Source of the DNA: Phoronis australis
Taxonomy: Eukaryota > Animalia > Phoronida
Length of the DNA stretch: 64,000 bases
Direction: 5' to 3'
Assembly: GCA_002633005.1 (NCBI GenBank)
Contig: NMRA01000407.1
Span: forward strand, 165,143-229,142
Shown here: positions 49,101-62,403 of the stretch, piece by piece
How positions within the stretch are numbered: the first letter of the stretch is position 1
Layout: the number at the start of each line of letters is the position of its first letter
Position numbers and translations under genes: made by a program
The notes under the pieces: model-generated
The model's input: only the letters and a program-made list of their open reading frames with translations
Told to the model about the DNA's origin: nothing
Database searches by the model: none

Positions 49101-52100
49101 ATGAAATTTCTCGGTGATTAATGACCAATTGTTTCTTGAATATCAATGCCAACGCAGGCAGGGTCCGCGTTAATGGCATACGCGTTACAAGCAACTGGTA
49201 TCTGATGATATAAATCAAGTGCAAATTATCCCAGTAATGAATGAAAAATTAGATGAGAGCGAGTCCGTCGTGCCTAGAATTGATTGCTGTACTTGTAAAT
49301 GCCGCTCTAATGTTTTTAGGTAAGTTGGCCTGGCAGCCAGTATTTGCCCGGAACCTTGTCTGGATAAAATACAAATTAATTTTGGCCGCTGTACATCAAA
49401 ACGAATCATGATCTTTGTTCCAAGTACAAATGATCTGAAAAGCTTCATGTTCCTGCTTTCTCTATAGAGTCAAGGGTCAAGGTTTTTTTTCCGGTACACC
49501 GATTATTTTTGTGTGATAGTTATTAAAGAATGCAAAGACAAGACATGATATGAAAACTTTAACTCAGGTTTTAGCAGTTTTGTTCGTCAAGCACGGGCTC
49601 ACGGACTTAAACAAGTTTTGTAGGAACAGTTTTTCAACAAAAGTTCATGTACATAACTGAGCCTGTCGGTGCTAGAAGCAACAGGGAATAAACTGCTCCA
49701 TCTCCATTGTAGGGAATACCCAGAAAAGTGTCTAGACAGTCCGACCACCACCCACTCCCGCCAACCCCTCCTCGCTCACATTTACATTGCTGTCTTGAAT
49801 GATGCTCACGTACCCCGTATTTTTGTCCACTCTCCCAGACAAAATGTGCCGCGGTTGATTGTGGTTACGGCGACTCCGTGGATGCGGAAACCGTGATAGT
49901 CAGTGTGACCTTGTTGGTAACCGGGGGCCTGAGGAGGGTGGCAACTGGCGAGTTCCGAGTTGACATGGTGTGCTTGCACCCAGGGTAACCTCAATCCTAA
50001 GTTTAAGTTCCCAAGCTTCTTTAAACTCGGAGGACACCCGCCTTCCCAAACAACATATTTTAACCAATCGCATCAATCTTACCCTGAAAGCCATAACGAT
50101 TGAACATTTTCAAAGCATCCTGCTTTCAATGCCCTAAAACTCATAGTGAAGTTTCACCTCGGATAGTAGCCAAAGCATTCTACCTGTTTTTATAGTAGAA
50201 AATTGTTGTCTTCGGTATGCAAAAACGTGCCATTTCTTGGTAAACTTTTGAAGGCCAATAGGTAAAAAATAAGTGGCCAATAAGAGCAGAGTGATTTTTG
50301 TATCAGAGCCACACCACGACTATATACACAAATTTTAAGCTTAATCTGAATGATGACTCCTGGAATGATTTTTTTATTTCTTTTTATTTTCTCGTGGAAT
50401 GGCTCTTAAGACGTGTTTTAGATACAGTAAACGGGAGAGGTGCTGAAAACGATTGCCGCGATACCAGTGTCTATCCAAATAGTCTCGAAGTTTGACCCGC
50501 CAAATACGTTGCAAAAGCTGATATTACCATACGTATAGTAATGGACATGGTAACGTCACACGGAAATAGATGAACTTCGTATCGAACGAGGATGCCCGTG
50601 TAAGATTTGTCTATGCCAAAATGTTGGTCAACATTGTGACGTAGTAAGCAAATATTTATACCTAACACGTTAGCGTTCGCGTTTGAACGTGTAACCGAAA
50701 CTCTTTAATTATGCTTTTCCGATGCCAAAAGCTCTCAGGTACACGTGCCGAATGATATCGCACGAGTCCACGGTTTCGTCCACCATCTTGAATATTTAAT
50801 TTGGCAGAGTAAACAATTCCTTTCACATTCTTTCGCGCGAGACCAAATCACGCAATACGCGTGTGAGTGGGCGAGATCTGCAAACCAGGGGAGTAGCGCA
50901 ACAGTGGAAGGTGCAAGTTGCGATAATAGCCGCTTTTGTGTACAAGTGCCAAGCGCAGGGCATAAGACATAAAATTTGTTAGTGTGTTTGTAAGTGCACC
51001 TCTGAAACTGTGTGTGGCAGATGACCTTGAATATTTGAAATAAAAAAGTGTGCGGGACTAGCTGGACGCCCTGCTAATATCTTAAGCCGTATCGTAAGTT
51101 GTATGGCCGTTCACTGACTACTGGAGACACCGGGTCTTCAGAAAAAATCGGTGGCTGCAGGTATTGGCCGTCTAGAGGCTCTGTCGCCAACCACTAAACT
51201 TGCAAATTCTCATACCCAACTCGCAACCAATTCTAGAAAAATTTCTGTCACTGGAATTTAACTTATATATTTAAATAAACCTACGCGAAAACGTGAAACG
51301 GGCATCCTAAAATTTTAACTGACTTGTCTATTTTTTATTGTCAATTTAAAACTTTTTTGTTTATAGTAGTTCAATTTTGTGACGAGGATTTTTTCAAAAA
51401 ATGATTGTTTAAAAGCAAAACATATGTATTCGAGATCGTGAAATGGATGCCAGCAACAAGGATACTATAATTACGTATAATAATTATAATATCTTTGATA
51501 GCAACTTCGGGGAGGAAAGACCTGGACGTACAGAGGAGAAATACTGTCCAGCCGATTTGATTAGTTACAATAAACATACGAAGACCTCCTGGCCATACAG
51601 AAATATACAAGTGAACTCAATGTACACACATGACAGTAGAGTGGGGGGAAACAGGACGACGGCACCAGACATCCAAATGAGGGCTTCCAAACAGTCAGGC
51701 CCGGGGGGGTACTCTTATGTGTGTATGTGTGCCAACTGGAAGGGTCACTTTTCCGACCAGATGCCTGACTGCGTTTTTCGTCTGAAGTCTCTGCGGAAGG
51801 GTCCATCATTTTGGCTAAAAATCACTACAAAAAGTTATGATTTAGTCCCGCTTCTGTGAATTATCAATTACACACACCGGGATAATATCTTTGGCTTTCA
51901 GAATGCACTCACCGCTAGGCTCGCGCTAGACTTTTAAACATATTAGTCAAAATGGCTACAGCATCTGAAATCTTTTAGCTATTTTTATAAATCATTAGCC
52001 AAATATTTTCTCATTTCCCAACCCACGCACTTGATAAAAACACAGTTACACGAAATGTACTTTTTGTTTTTCATGTTATGCAGGTCCTTTTCATGAATGT

Positions 52101-52630
52101 ACTATAAGAAAAGACGTTTGCCTTTAGGAAAAAAAACTAATGATCAATATTCCAAATTCATATAGCACCCTAATACGTCGGATGGTATATTAGCCAACAT
52201 GGGTTTTATTATGATCTAAAACATTTGGACAAGTCTCTCCCTATACCCGAGTTACTGCATGTTTACGCCGGCCACATGGCTATTTAAATGATGTTGAACT
52301 TAAATTAATTGGGCAGGAGTTCTCCCTATCCCCGGGTTACTGCGGGGGAAAGCCGGCCACACGGGCTTCATTGATGTTGACCTAAAAATGACCAGGGATC
52401 CCGCTAGCCCCGGGTTAAGGCGAGGATACGCCGGCCAACGTGGGCATTTTGATGAGCAAGACATTTAGGTCCAAAAACATTAACATAACTCGTGACTTGC
52501 AAATTAATGCTGAATCGAGCAGAAAAATGAAAATAAAATTCATTACGTAACAAATTGACATTTGCTTTATATTGCTTTCTTTAGGCTGCCGCCAAAATGC
52601 AAATGCGTCCCAGACTCTCAATAACTTTTT

Positions 52631-52916
52631 CAGGGCCCTCAATCCCTTGATTTTGGAGCCGAATATCGACACCATTCCTCTTCGGAAGACATTGAAAAAC
52701 CACGCAAAATTCTCCTCATGAGGCTCAAAAGTTCCCCTCAAGAGATTGAAAAATTCCCTTCGAGGTTCTAATCATTTGTAACTCTCAAAGGTCGCAATTT
52801 GAAAGAGCGCTACTTGAAGCATGGTGGAGGGGTACTATTGATGGTGATCGGGAGGTAGAATTTTCCTCTCGTCCAAAAAAATCCCTCTCAGAAGGCACAG
52901 ATAATCGAGGGCCCTG
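52631..52916 (+). mobile_element. MITE with CAGGGCCCTC TIR (hAT-like); diverged copy at about 45856-46177
   Basis: cagggccctc...gagggccctg; shared internal cctcatgaggctcaaa and ctattgatggtgatcgg in both copies. Confidence 0.7.
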
Positions 52917-54613
52917 ATTTTACACTTGCGACATTAAAAATATATAACAAACTCGTTCTTCCTGGCATCGTCCTTGCCTTTTACTATTTGAAAAGAAAAT
53001 CTGTCAGTGTCAAGTCTCAATTAATATTTGACACAACAAAATGTGCGCAGAAAATTTGTAAAATTAGTAATGAATTAGGAGAGGCTCGTGTAATTTGAAA
53101 ATAATATATTTAAACCTTGAGTTCATATTGCATGTTTGAGACAACTCAACTCAGTTCAGTTTTATCCATCAGGTAATTTTTAAAGGTATTAAAATACCGT
53201 CCGACTGGCTCACACCACGTCGTGAGTGTAAAAAGTTATTGAGAGACTAAGTCGCGTTTGCCGCCAAAAATAGTCTTCTGTTCGTCGCTTTGACACCACC
53301 AAAACATCGTTGAACATTTTGTTGCGGTAAAGGAGTGATTTCAAGGGGATTGACGGACATGAAATGGAACATTAGCTTGTTATTTGAGGACTCTGAATCG
53401 AAGTACGAATGTTGTTTGCTGCGACTTGATTCGAGCTGACTGTGCGGCCACACGCGAGTAGGTTTCCCGAAATTAATTTTTATTGTCAAGTTGTGGAAGC
53501 ATTCGCCAAGTTGGCGAATGGACTTAGCTATACCATCGCCAGTGCCGCTCAAAATTCGCTAATGGCGATCTGGCGAGCGCGAGCCTAGCACCGGTATGCG
53601 ATCTTTTCTCGCCCGAGTTTTTCGGTGTGAACCGTGCATCAGTTTTCGTCTCGTTTACTAGTGTCACCTGCAGGATCGCGAAAGGTGAATTTGTCTGATG
53701 AGATTTTCCAACGCAAGGGTGACTTGTGGAATTTTTCCACGGAAGGTGACTTCCTATGGAATTTCTGTGCGGAACGATATCTTTCATTGGCAAATCTCTT
53801 CTGAAGTGTGGGTAGGCCTATCTTAATTTTCGGGCGGCACACCCCGGCATTTTAATACTGGAGTACCGCTCGGGGGTGGAGATAAGCGCAAAATCGGTGT
53901 CAACAATAAAAAATAGAACCCCACCTGAGAAGAACGAAATGGAGAGCAAAAAAACGTCCTACTAATGTGCATAAAAGCGCCCATAAAATAGACGGTTAGA
54001 CTTCAGGAGAAGGACGTAAGTCGAGCGAGTGGCATATAAAAGAAATCACGCTACTGCACACGAGCAATAATTATCTACAACAGTATAGCATTAAATCTTT
54101 CTTCAGCAACTACAACAATGAAAAACAATTCTGTTAGGTCATTCTGAAACCTACCAATAATATACGCATTTACTTTTATGTTGTATTGCTTCCATAATTC
54201 AGTTTACACCAGACATCTCAATAAAACGTGTTTGAAGTCCTCCTGAAGTGAAGAGTGTCTACATGTACCAATCTCGACTGCTAGTTTGCGGTTAAAATAT
54301 CTCAATCCTGCTGTAGCTGGTTGTTACTACTTTACATCTAATCACTTAAAGCGTCTCTATAATACATTTATTCTTTGTAAACAGGCCACTGGCCCCTTAC
54401 AGAAATACAAAACAATATGTATTCAAACACAAACACACACACACACACACACACACGTGCAAATACACACGGCGCAGGTGGTTTATAAGGTAATGACACG
54501 CTTTTAACTAACCCGAGATTACAACATCTAATACCTAACATCTTTATTTCTCCGCCTTAATACTGAGCTAGTGAGTTAATAATAGCATTAATGAGTGTCT
54601 AAACCCACCTTAA

Positions 54614-56946
54614 ACAGGCACAGAACGCTAAAGCTCGTCAAAATATATTTTAAACAATTCCTGACCAAGGCACGTGCTCGCAACATCTAGTACAAAGTAA
54701 TTCACTTTACCGTGTGAGGAAATTTCCAGAAAAAATGACAAAATTACGCGCGAAGCAAGAAGTCTGTGGTTACCACAGAGTTTCCGATATCCTCCCACTT
54801 ATGATAAATTTGCACATGCGCTCACAGTCAGTTGCTTGAAGTTGCTCAAGTTCAAAGGTCACATTTTCCATACAAGGCAAATGTGTTATGTCTGTGTCTT
54901 ACCATACCAAATAAGGAGACGTGCTTTGCCTTGTGGGAGAGTCGACGAAGTGGTGAGCAGCTGACAGATCGTTTTTTTCCTGAAATTTGAAACTAAAAGA
55001 AAACTCTTTGATATTTACAGAAATTAAAATTCTTTACAAACAAACCCTAAAAATACCCAGTGAGCAGGTTGAATTCTTTTTCAGTGGCAGCGAATCACTT
55101 TCGATATTGCAATTTAGTCTGTTGATCGCGTTCCAGACCGCTTTAACCTCACGACAACCAACTTTTAATTTAGATTTACCGTCATAAAACTGGTCTCAGT
55201 TGGTTCCTGATTCAAATTGGAGATGATTTCAGGGCTTCAAAAGTACAGATAATTCCTTATTGCTTGAGATGAGGCTGTGCATATTGGCTTGTTGTCAAGA
55301 CGTCTTATTTATGCCACAAGCATGGTGTTAAGAAAGAATGAACTCTCAGTTCTTTCCCAGAAATCACTTCTTATGAGTGAGAAACAAGTTGATATCCCAT
55401 TAATTGATTAAAAACCAACGTTACGTCATTCACATAAAGTGGAATGTTAAATTTACATGACAAGTCAATATACAGAGGAAAAATTAACAAAAAATGAGAT
55501 TCATTCTCAATAACTTCCACTTCACACCTAATGCATAATCTTGTTTTCCTAGAATTTCACGGCACCCTCTCGACAGTTCACCCATTTATAAATGATTTGT
55601 GCACCTCGGTGTTTTTATGTACACTGTACATGTCACTTTTAACGTGTCACATATTTTTCTAACATAAGAGTTGGTTTAAATAATTTTTAATGATGATACC
55701 CATAATGGCTGTACTTGATTGACTTAACCGGTTTCACTGGGTCAATAGGCTAAGATATCTGATTGGTCAGTTCTCGATGACGACTTCTGGCTCATAGCCC
55801 ACTCAGATGTATTTGCCTGTTGATATGGGGGAACTGGCGAAGTCAAGTCAAGTAGAGACATTTTGTCGACACAGTGATGTCTAGTATCGTTCCATCGCTG
55901 TTTAGAAACCTTTCAAGCTATATTTTACCTTGTTCATCTGGCTAAAAAAGATAAACCGAATTGGACTTTTTACTCCGATCCTTCCATTTCCTTTACCATC
56001 ACGTGCCATGGGTAATAATAGGCTGTAAACCAAGCTTGAGTCCAAATAGTGCTGGAGGTATGGCATTGAGTGTTTTACATATCACTCGCATGGTTCATGC
56101 ACTATTGCCTAGCCAATACTGCAACTCAAACAGCGCTGAAGATCCATCAACAAAAATCCACTGATTCTGTGATATGAACATACACCAGAAGAAATGTTCT
56201 CGGCGCTAGCCAAATCGAATTCCATAAGGTACCTAGGGCATCATAAACAGTTCTACTTAGTTATTTGCTTGTTTTCACCGCTTTGTAACGACGTCTGCTT
56301 ATAGATTTTGATTTAATGATGTCACGTTATAATTAGTAGCGGCCAATGAGCCAAGTGAATTAGTTTACTAGTTCATCCCTGGCTAGGTGAAAAATGCAAA
56401 TTACTGTGACAAGAGAATTGTAAAACATTTAAAGTGGCCTGGAAAGCGACAAAAACACTAGCTGCAGTGTTGAAAGTGGTCGTCTGTCGCTGAAACAGAA
56501 TTCAACTTGTCCACAAGGAATTTTTAAGCCATGTTCGTTAAGATTTTTAATTTCTGTTGATATCAATGTATATTACTATAGTTTCAAATTTCAAAATAAA
56601 AATGATCTTCGATTTTTCTCCCACAAGGCAAAGTCCGTCTCCTTATTTGGCATGGAAAGACATAGACGTAGCATATTTCCCTCCTATGGCAAATTTGACC
56701 TTTCACCTCAAGCGATTTCAAGCAACTGACTGTAAGCGCATGCATAAGTAGGAGGGATGTTAGAAACTCTGTGGTAATCACAGTTTTTCCTTCGCGCGTA
56801 TTTCAGAAATCGTAAATTTTGTGATTTTTTGGAAAATTTCCTCTCAGGAGAAGCTGAATTATTCTGTACTAGATGTTGCAAGATAGTACTTTGGTCAGGA
56901 ATTAGTTAAGTGATATGTTGGACAATCTTTCGCGTTCCATGCCCCT
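54614..56946. mobile_element. Kolobok-like non-autonomous element with long imperfect TIRs
   Basis: TTAA at 54610-54613 and 56947-56950; 54614-54950 is the reverse complement of about 56607-56946 (e.g. ccaaataaggagacg / cgtctccttatttgg); no coding relic recognised. Confidence 0.8.
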
Positions 56947-58849
56947 TTAATCTTCGAAGTTCTTTTGAAGGGCTTGATTTTCGTATTCGCCTTATGATTT
57001 CTGAAGATACATGCAAATGTCTTCATGCGATCGTAATTTCAGTATGTGCATGTTAATATGTGTAAGTCAATTATGATATATTTGACAAAAAACAATGTAC
57101 AGACTTGCAGCACTGTTTGGATTCAGGGTATTACTGATATAATATCTACGGAAAAACAAAATGTTTCTACTACTTACACTTAGAAACGGGGTGAAATAGT
57201 TGCTGGTGTCTACTGTCAAGTAGCTAGTCAGTGTTGATTTAGTTATTTAGCATCTTCTAACATCCAAGCTTCACGTGCACCTAGTCTTCCCTAATTACAA
57301 ACCCGTCGCTTTGTCTTGTCACCAAATATAGATTTGTATCGTGCTTTGGCAAATGAGAAGAAAAATAATATCTTTTACTTAAAGAAGAGCACACAAAATG
57401 TGACAGTCGGTATCAGATTGCATTTATTCCTTTCAGTAAGCTAATGTTGTAAATTACATGTACGTTACTGCTAATGCTAACAATTGCCCTGATTGTCTTC
57501 TTCCTGAAACAAATCAAGCTTTTGCTATTCTATTGTCAGCCAGCATCCTAATCATCAATAGCTTTCTTCAATAAACCATAATCCTTCTCTGGGGATGTTA
57601 GACGTCTAAATGAGAAGCACTAGATATAGTTAACAAAGGAATGTCGCACACAGACTAGACTATGTGGTTCTGTAGATTGATTTTGCCTTACTCGCATTCT
57701 GCGGATGTTTGTGGAATCACAGTCATTTTTCACTCTTTGGACTTGGTTTTGTGATCTGTGTTTTGTACAAAGATTTTACGAGCATTTTAAGAAAGCATCA
57801 AACGGTTTTAGGCAAAAGTTGACCAGCAGTGTCAGTTTTATTTTTTCTAAGGTGTTTGTTCGGCCAAGCTTTCAACCTGGTTTCCAACTAATAAATCAAA
57901 ATATGAAAAAGATTATACATCAATGAACCCTGCTGAAATTGACACTTGAAAAGATCTAATAGTTTTTATTGCGGATATAAATCTGCCTTTCATCACAAAA
58001 ACACTTTTGGTTTAGACCACTTACCGCCATTGATTTCAAATTTGAAATGACTTGTGATGGCAGTTCGCTTTTACTTAAAAACAAGCCGTACAAGTAGTCT
58101 TGTCATGGCGTGCCATGTCGTGTTGAACATTGTCTCAGTCAACGAATAACGAACTGCCAGTTCTTTGCAGAGACTACCAAAATTCACTTCTCATCTGAGT
58201 AAGGAACAAGTTGAGACAAATTTTATAAATGCAAGTGAATTAAATCAAAAGTTCTCTTCTTGGACAGAATGCAGGTTTATTCTGTACGTAATAGGTGACA
58301 GTGAAAGCGACCACTAACCACACAAGTCGGCCATTTTTTGCTCAAACCATAACAATTTTGTAAAAATAACATAGAAAACCATAGAATTGAAGAAAACGAG
58401 TCAAAATATGCTCAAGTGTCAAAGTGCATTCCATGTGCCTACTTACCTATTAGAGGCTCTTGCATCTAATTACTGTGATTCTTATTACACTCCTTGTAAC
58501 TCATTTGGCCCTGGCGAGCAAGGCTCGTGATACGATATTATTTCCACAGAAGAGATTGCCAGTAAAAGCCAAAGCGAAAGTTTAAAAATTTATTGTTAAC
58601 ATCGGCAAAAATACGTAGCAAATACGTAATTCTCCTATTGGTTGACATGTATGTCCAACCTTTTCCAAGAATAACTCAAAAATAGACGATATCCGTCCCA
58701 AGTTCTTGTGACACGCCTACTACGTGAAATCTGCTCACAACATCAGGGTGGTATAAAAATGGTAAATTCTGATACAACTTTCGTACCTTTAGCTTTTGAC
58801 ATGACGCAACTGACGCGTCGCAAGATGATCGGTGTCATGGGGCCCTTTA

Positions 58850-58855
<6 letters not shown>

Positions 58856-58925
<70 letters not shown>
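58856..58925. repeat. (CA)n microsatellite, about 35 units
   Basis: Uninterrupted CA run. Confidence 0.95.
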
Positions 58926-58926
<1 letters not shown>

Positions 58927-59029
58927 CTCAGAAACCGTGGCAAGGTGGAAGTTGTAGACAGGAATGAGGAGTGCTCATGCGCGAACATGCAAATTACGAG
59001 AGTCAAAGTTCATTTTTTTATTATATATT

Positions 59030-59260
59030 GTCATCAGGAGTAGCAGAACACATGTGGACGAAACAACACAATATCCAGTGGAATAACATCCGAATACTAG
59101 CTAGAGACAGTGAAACAGGTTGGACCAAGAGAAAGATCAAGGAAGCCACATATACATGAAAGTACAAGGCAATGTCTTCAGTCAGCTAAGCAAACAGCTA
59201 AGTGACACCTGGCTCAGTCATCTTAGGAAGGTAAAAGTATCATTAAATTCCCGCCAAGTA
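59030..59260 (+). mobile_element. 3' relic of a Penelope-like element (C-terminal part of GIY-YIG endonuclease region)
   Basis: SSGVAEHMWTKQHNIQWNNIRILARDSETGWTKRKIKEATY matches S.VAEH....H.I.W....IL......R.IKEA. Confidence 0.75.
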
Positions 59261-59271
59261 AATGGATGACT

Positions 59272-59335
59272 TCTGGTGTAGTGGTTAAGGTGCTGGACTC
59301 AACATGTCTCTTGGGTTCAAATCTTTCCTCGGACA
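59272..59335 (+). other. tRNA-derived SINE-like head (pol III A/B boxes), degenerate
   Basis: tggtgtagtggttaagg...gggttcaaatc; a similar degenerate head on the minus strand at about 62513-62580. Confidence 0.45.
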
Positions 59336-59631
59336 ATATATAATCAAAAAATCACACCATGATGAGTGTACCACATATCCGTGCTTGTTCTTCTAACAAC
59401 GCAGGAACACCTGACTATGGCCGGAGAATAGACCAACCGAAACGTCGTGACAATGTAAATAGACAAGACGTCGGTGTAAGTAGACCAAGAGATTTTAATA
59501 ATAGTTTTAACACGCCACCACCTCAGAACGGTTTTAGAAAGTCAATAACAAACTTGCCCTTGAATGGTTATAATACTGTTGATGGGTCGTACGTAAACAA
59601 AGAGAACATGGGTGCGCGGGGGAAAATGCTG

Positions 59632-59781
59632 GCGTGCATTTAGTAACACTAGGACCTACGCTAAGACCTACCTAAAATTTAGCCAAAGTCGCGTGATCTC
59701 ATTTAAAATACATGGCAATATCTCACGTAATCTCGCGAAGTCTTGCTTTTTAGCGAGGTTCTAGCTATAGTGAACGGGAGG
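59632..59781. mobile_element. MITE of the 'cgctaggacc' family
   Basis: Colinear with 14786-14984 (atctcatttaaaatacatggcaatatctcacg...aagtcttgctttttagcga); flanks CTG / CAG; partial copy also at about 37967-38010. Confidence 0.75.
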
Positions 59782-60652
59782 CAGGTTTGAAAGGAAGGAG
59801 AAGTATGTACAGTTCGAAGAGCCTTGTAGAAAAATACATTTCGTGGGAAAACTCCGATGGTGTGCGAGAAATGAAGGTGCCCTTAGATATTGCTTTTGCT
59901 AATATATTTGTATCGGACAGCCAGCAGAGATGTATTTGTTACACTTTGAGAGAGAGATTTTCGTTAATAGAGAATTTCTTTCTTAGTATAAATAATAATT
60001 CTGGTTAGGACATAAAATGTAAAAACCTTTTCATGTCAAGACTTAAATGGATTTCCGTCCTCAAACAGGTCATGTGACACGTGCATGGACAAAAATTATA
60101 GGGGTGGCCAACACATCCTGGTCGCATACTGTCTCTCATTTTTAAGTGGTAGAAACCAATTACTATCATGGCACGGACAGTGAAGCCAATTTATTAAAGT
60201 TTACAGCACTTCCCGAGATTTTCATGATTACAGGCCGTTGGTAGAAAGCCAGAGATTCACAGTTGTTAGTGATTCATGAATTACAGCCACTGCCATTTGT
60301 ACTTATTGAATTGCATAAAAGGATAAAAATAAAGTTGAAGACTTACCCCTTTACATGCACGCAATGCTCATTCTCTTGTCCACTAAAATGCCTTGAGATC
60401 GACACCACTTCCTATGTTGTTGAAAACTATTCAACAAGAGTATCTTCGCAACGAATATATATTGATTTGGATTACACAGCTTAGCCACTTACTTTTCGTT
60501 ACGTTCGCTGAAAAAATCGATCGCAAATACAAACGATGTCAAGATGTTCATATCGTAAAAGAATGCGTCTCGATCACAACGATGCTATTATTGCGATTGC
60601 ATTAAACAAGCGCTAACGCTTCGTATTTGATTAAAACGTGCCATATCGTAAT

Positions 60653-62403
60653 ACAGAGGTTTCGCAAAGTGACGTGAACGAGAATTACTGCGTATATATA
60701 ATTGAGCGTGGCGATTCACGTTAAGGTAAAAAAATGGGTTTCGCAACAGCTGAATTTTACGTGAACCTGAAAGTCAACGTGAACCGAATAACTGAGCTCA
60801 GTGGTACATATCCGCTACATTATAAACTACTACAAATCACTCTGCGAATGCAACTTCTTTTACTTTCATTCTCATAACATCTAACACAAATCCGTCAATT
60901 CAATTAAGTCAAATTTTCAGTTAATTTTGCGATGAGATTTAACATCTCGTGTTCTATAGTTAGCCTCTCTTCCCTTTCTTTCCTCTCCATTTCCAACTTT
61001 TCCCGTTTCAGTGTTACCTCTTTCTCTCATATTTTCAGCTCTGCATCATGCTTTTCCTTGAGAAAGTTGATGGACAATCAGTAGGCTACTTGTACGTTTT
61101 ACAGAATCTTGAATGGAACAAGTTTTGTATAATTGTATTGAATTTTACTTTATCCCATTCGCGTTGAATCTTTCCGGGGAAATACGGCCATGAAATAAAG
61201 TTTTCCGTATTCACCTCCCGCACCAATTTAACAGTGACCTCTGACATGGAAAGTTCGAAAGGTAGGTCAATGACGACTCGACGTCTTCTGAGCCGGTTCG
61301 ATCACCAAAATTTCCGAATATACTTTAAAGTAACACGGTTGCAACAGTGTAACTAACACTCGACATGTAACCAGGCCCTAAACGTAAAAAACTGTTAATT
61401 ATAAGACACTTATGTCCCCGTTTCTAATTGCTGAATAGTATATCGTCTGCAACTCAGGCGCTGATTCCTATGAAATTAAAATATCAAATATTGTTGTTTT
61501 TTTAACTATTTCCAGTAGATGTTGCAAGTTCACTGCTCAGTTGCCGTTGTTTTCATCTTTGCTACCTCTTTTCAAGACATAAATCCTTACTTTTAAAACT
61601 GTTTCTTTTACAAGAGAAAACTTGCAACCTAACGCGCAAGTACATACATATAGGATGTGATCCGCCATGTGAACAGTCTTTGTGAAGTATTTGAAAAATC
61701 TGCCGAAAAATGTAAGAAACTTAGGGATTCGAAGCGCATGGGATAAATACAAAACGTACCTCTATTGGCGTACATGAACTAATATCCCACTGACCTTATT
61801 CCGTGTACCGACCTCGACCTTCCGTCTCGGTCTATTCGCGGAATAATGTCTCGTGGGATATTACTTCATGTACGCCGCTCTCGGTACGTTTTGTGTATGT
61901 ATTCCATTCTGCTACGCGTATGCAAGATGGGAATATATGTTGAATGTGAAAAAAGTCGTTTCAACAAACTCTTGTGAAAAATAGTGAACTTTTATAATTT
62001 GTAATTTATTTGCAGTTTAAAATAAAGAAATGCATGTAAATTAAGCATGTAAAAAATCTAATACGAACACAAAATCATATCTATTAAGAATCCATTCTAT
62101 TTCCATGATATCCAGCGAACAGCCGGACTTTAAGAACATTTATAGACAAAAATCGCGTTCATTTTATACTGAAGCAAAGAAGAAGGATTGAGAAATCTAT
62201 CAAAATAAAAATTGTTTCGATGTCTTGCCAAATAAGAATTAAACAAGGGCCACATGCTTCGCCTTTAAAGCGACGTGAATCTCTGTATTCGCGTAAAATA
62301 CGCAAACACTAACGGATTACGTCACAGCCAACAATGGCATGAATGACACGGAAATTATATATGAGTGATAGTTCACGTTCACGTCGCTTTGCGAAACCTC
62401 TCT
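60653..62403. mobile_element. TIR element (Harbinger-like non-autonomous, tentative) hosting the hairpin-ended repeat
   Basis: agaggtttcgcaaagtgacgtgaacg at 60655 inverted with cgttcacgtcgctttgcgaaacctct ending about 62401. Confidence 0.6.
61148..61902 (-). mobile_element. Same hairpin-ended repeat, copy 2 (inverted)
   Basis: ORF 61537..61752 is nearly identical to ORF 39866..40096; hairpin at about 61745-61902. Confidence 0.85.
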
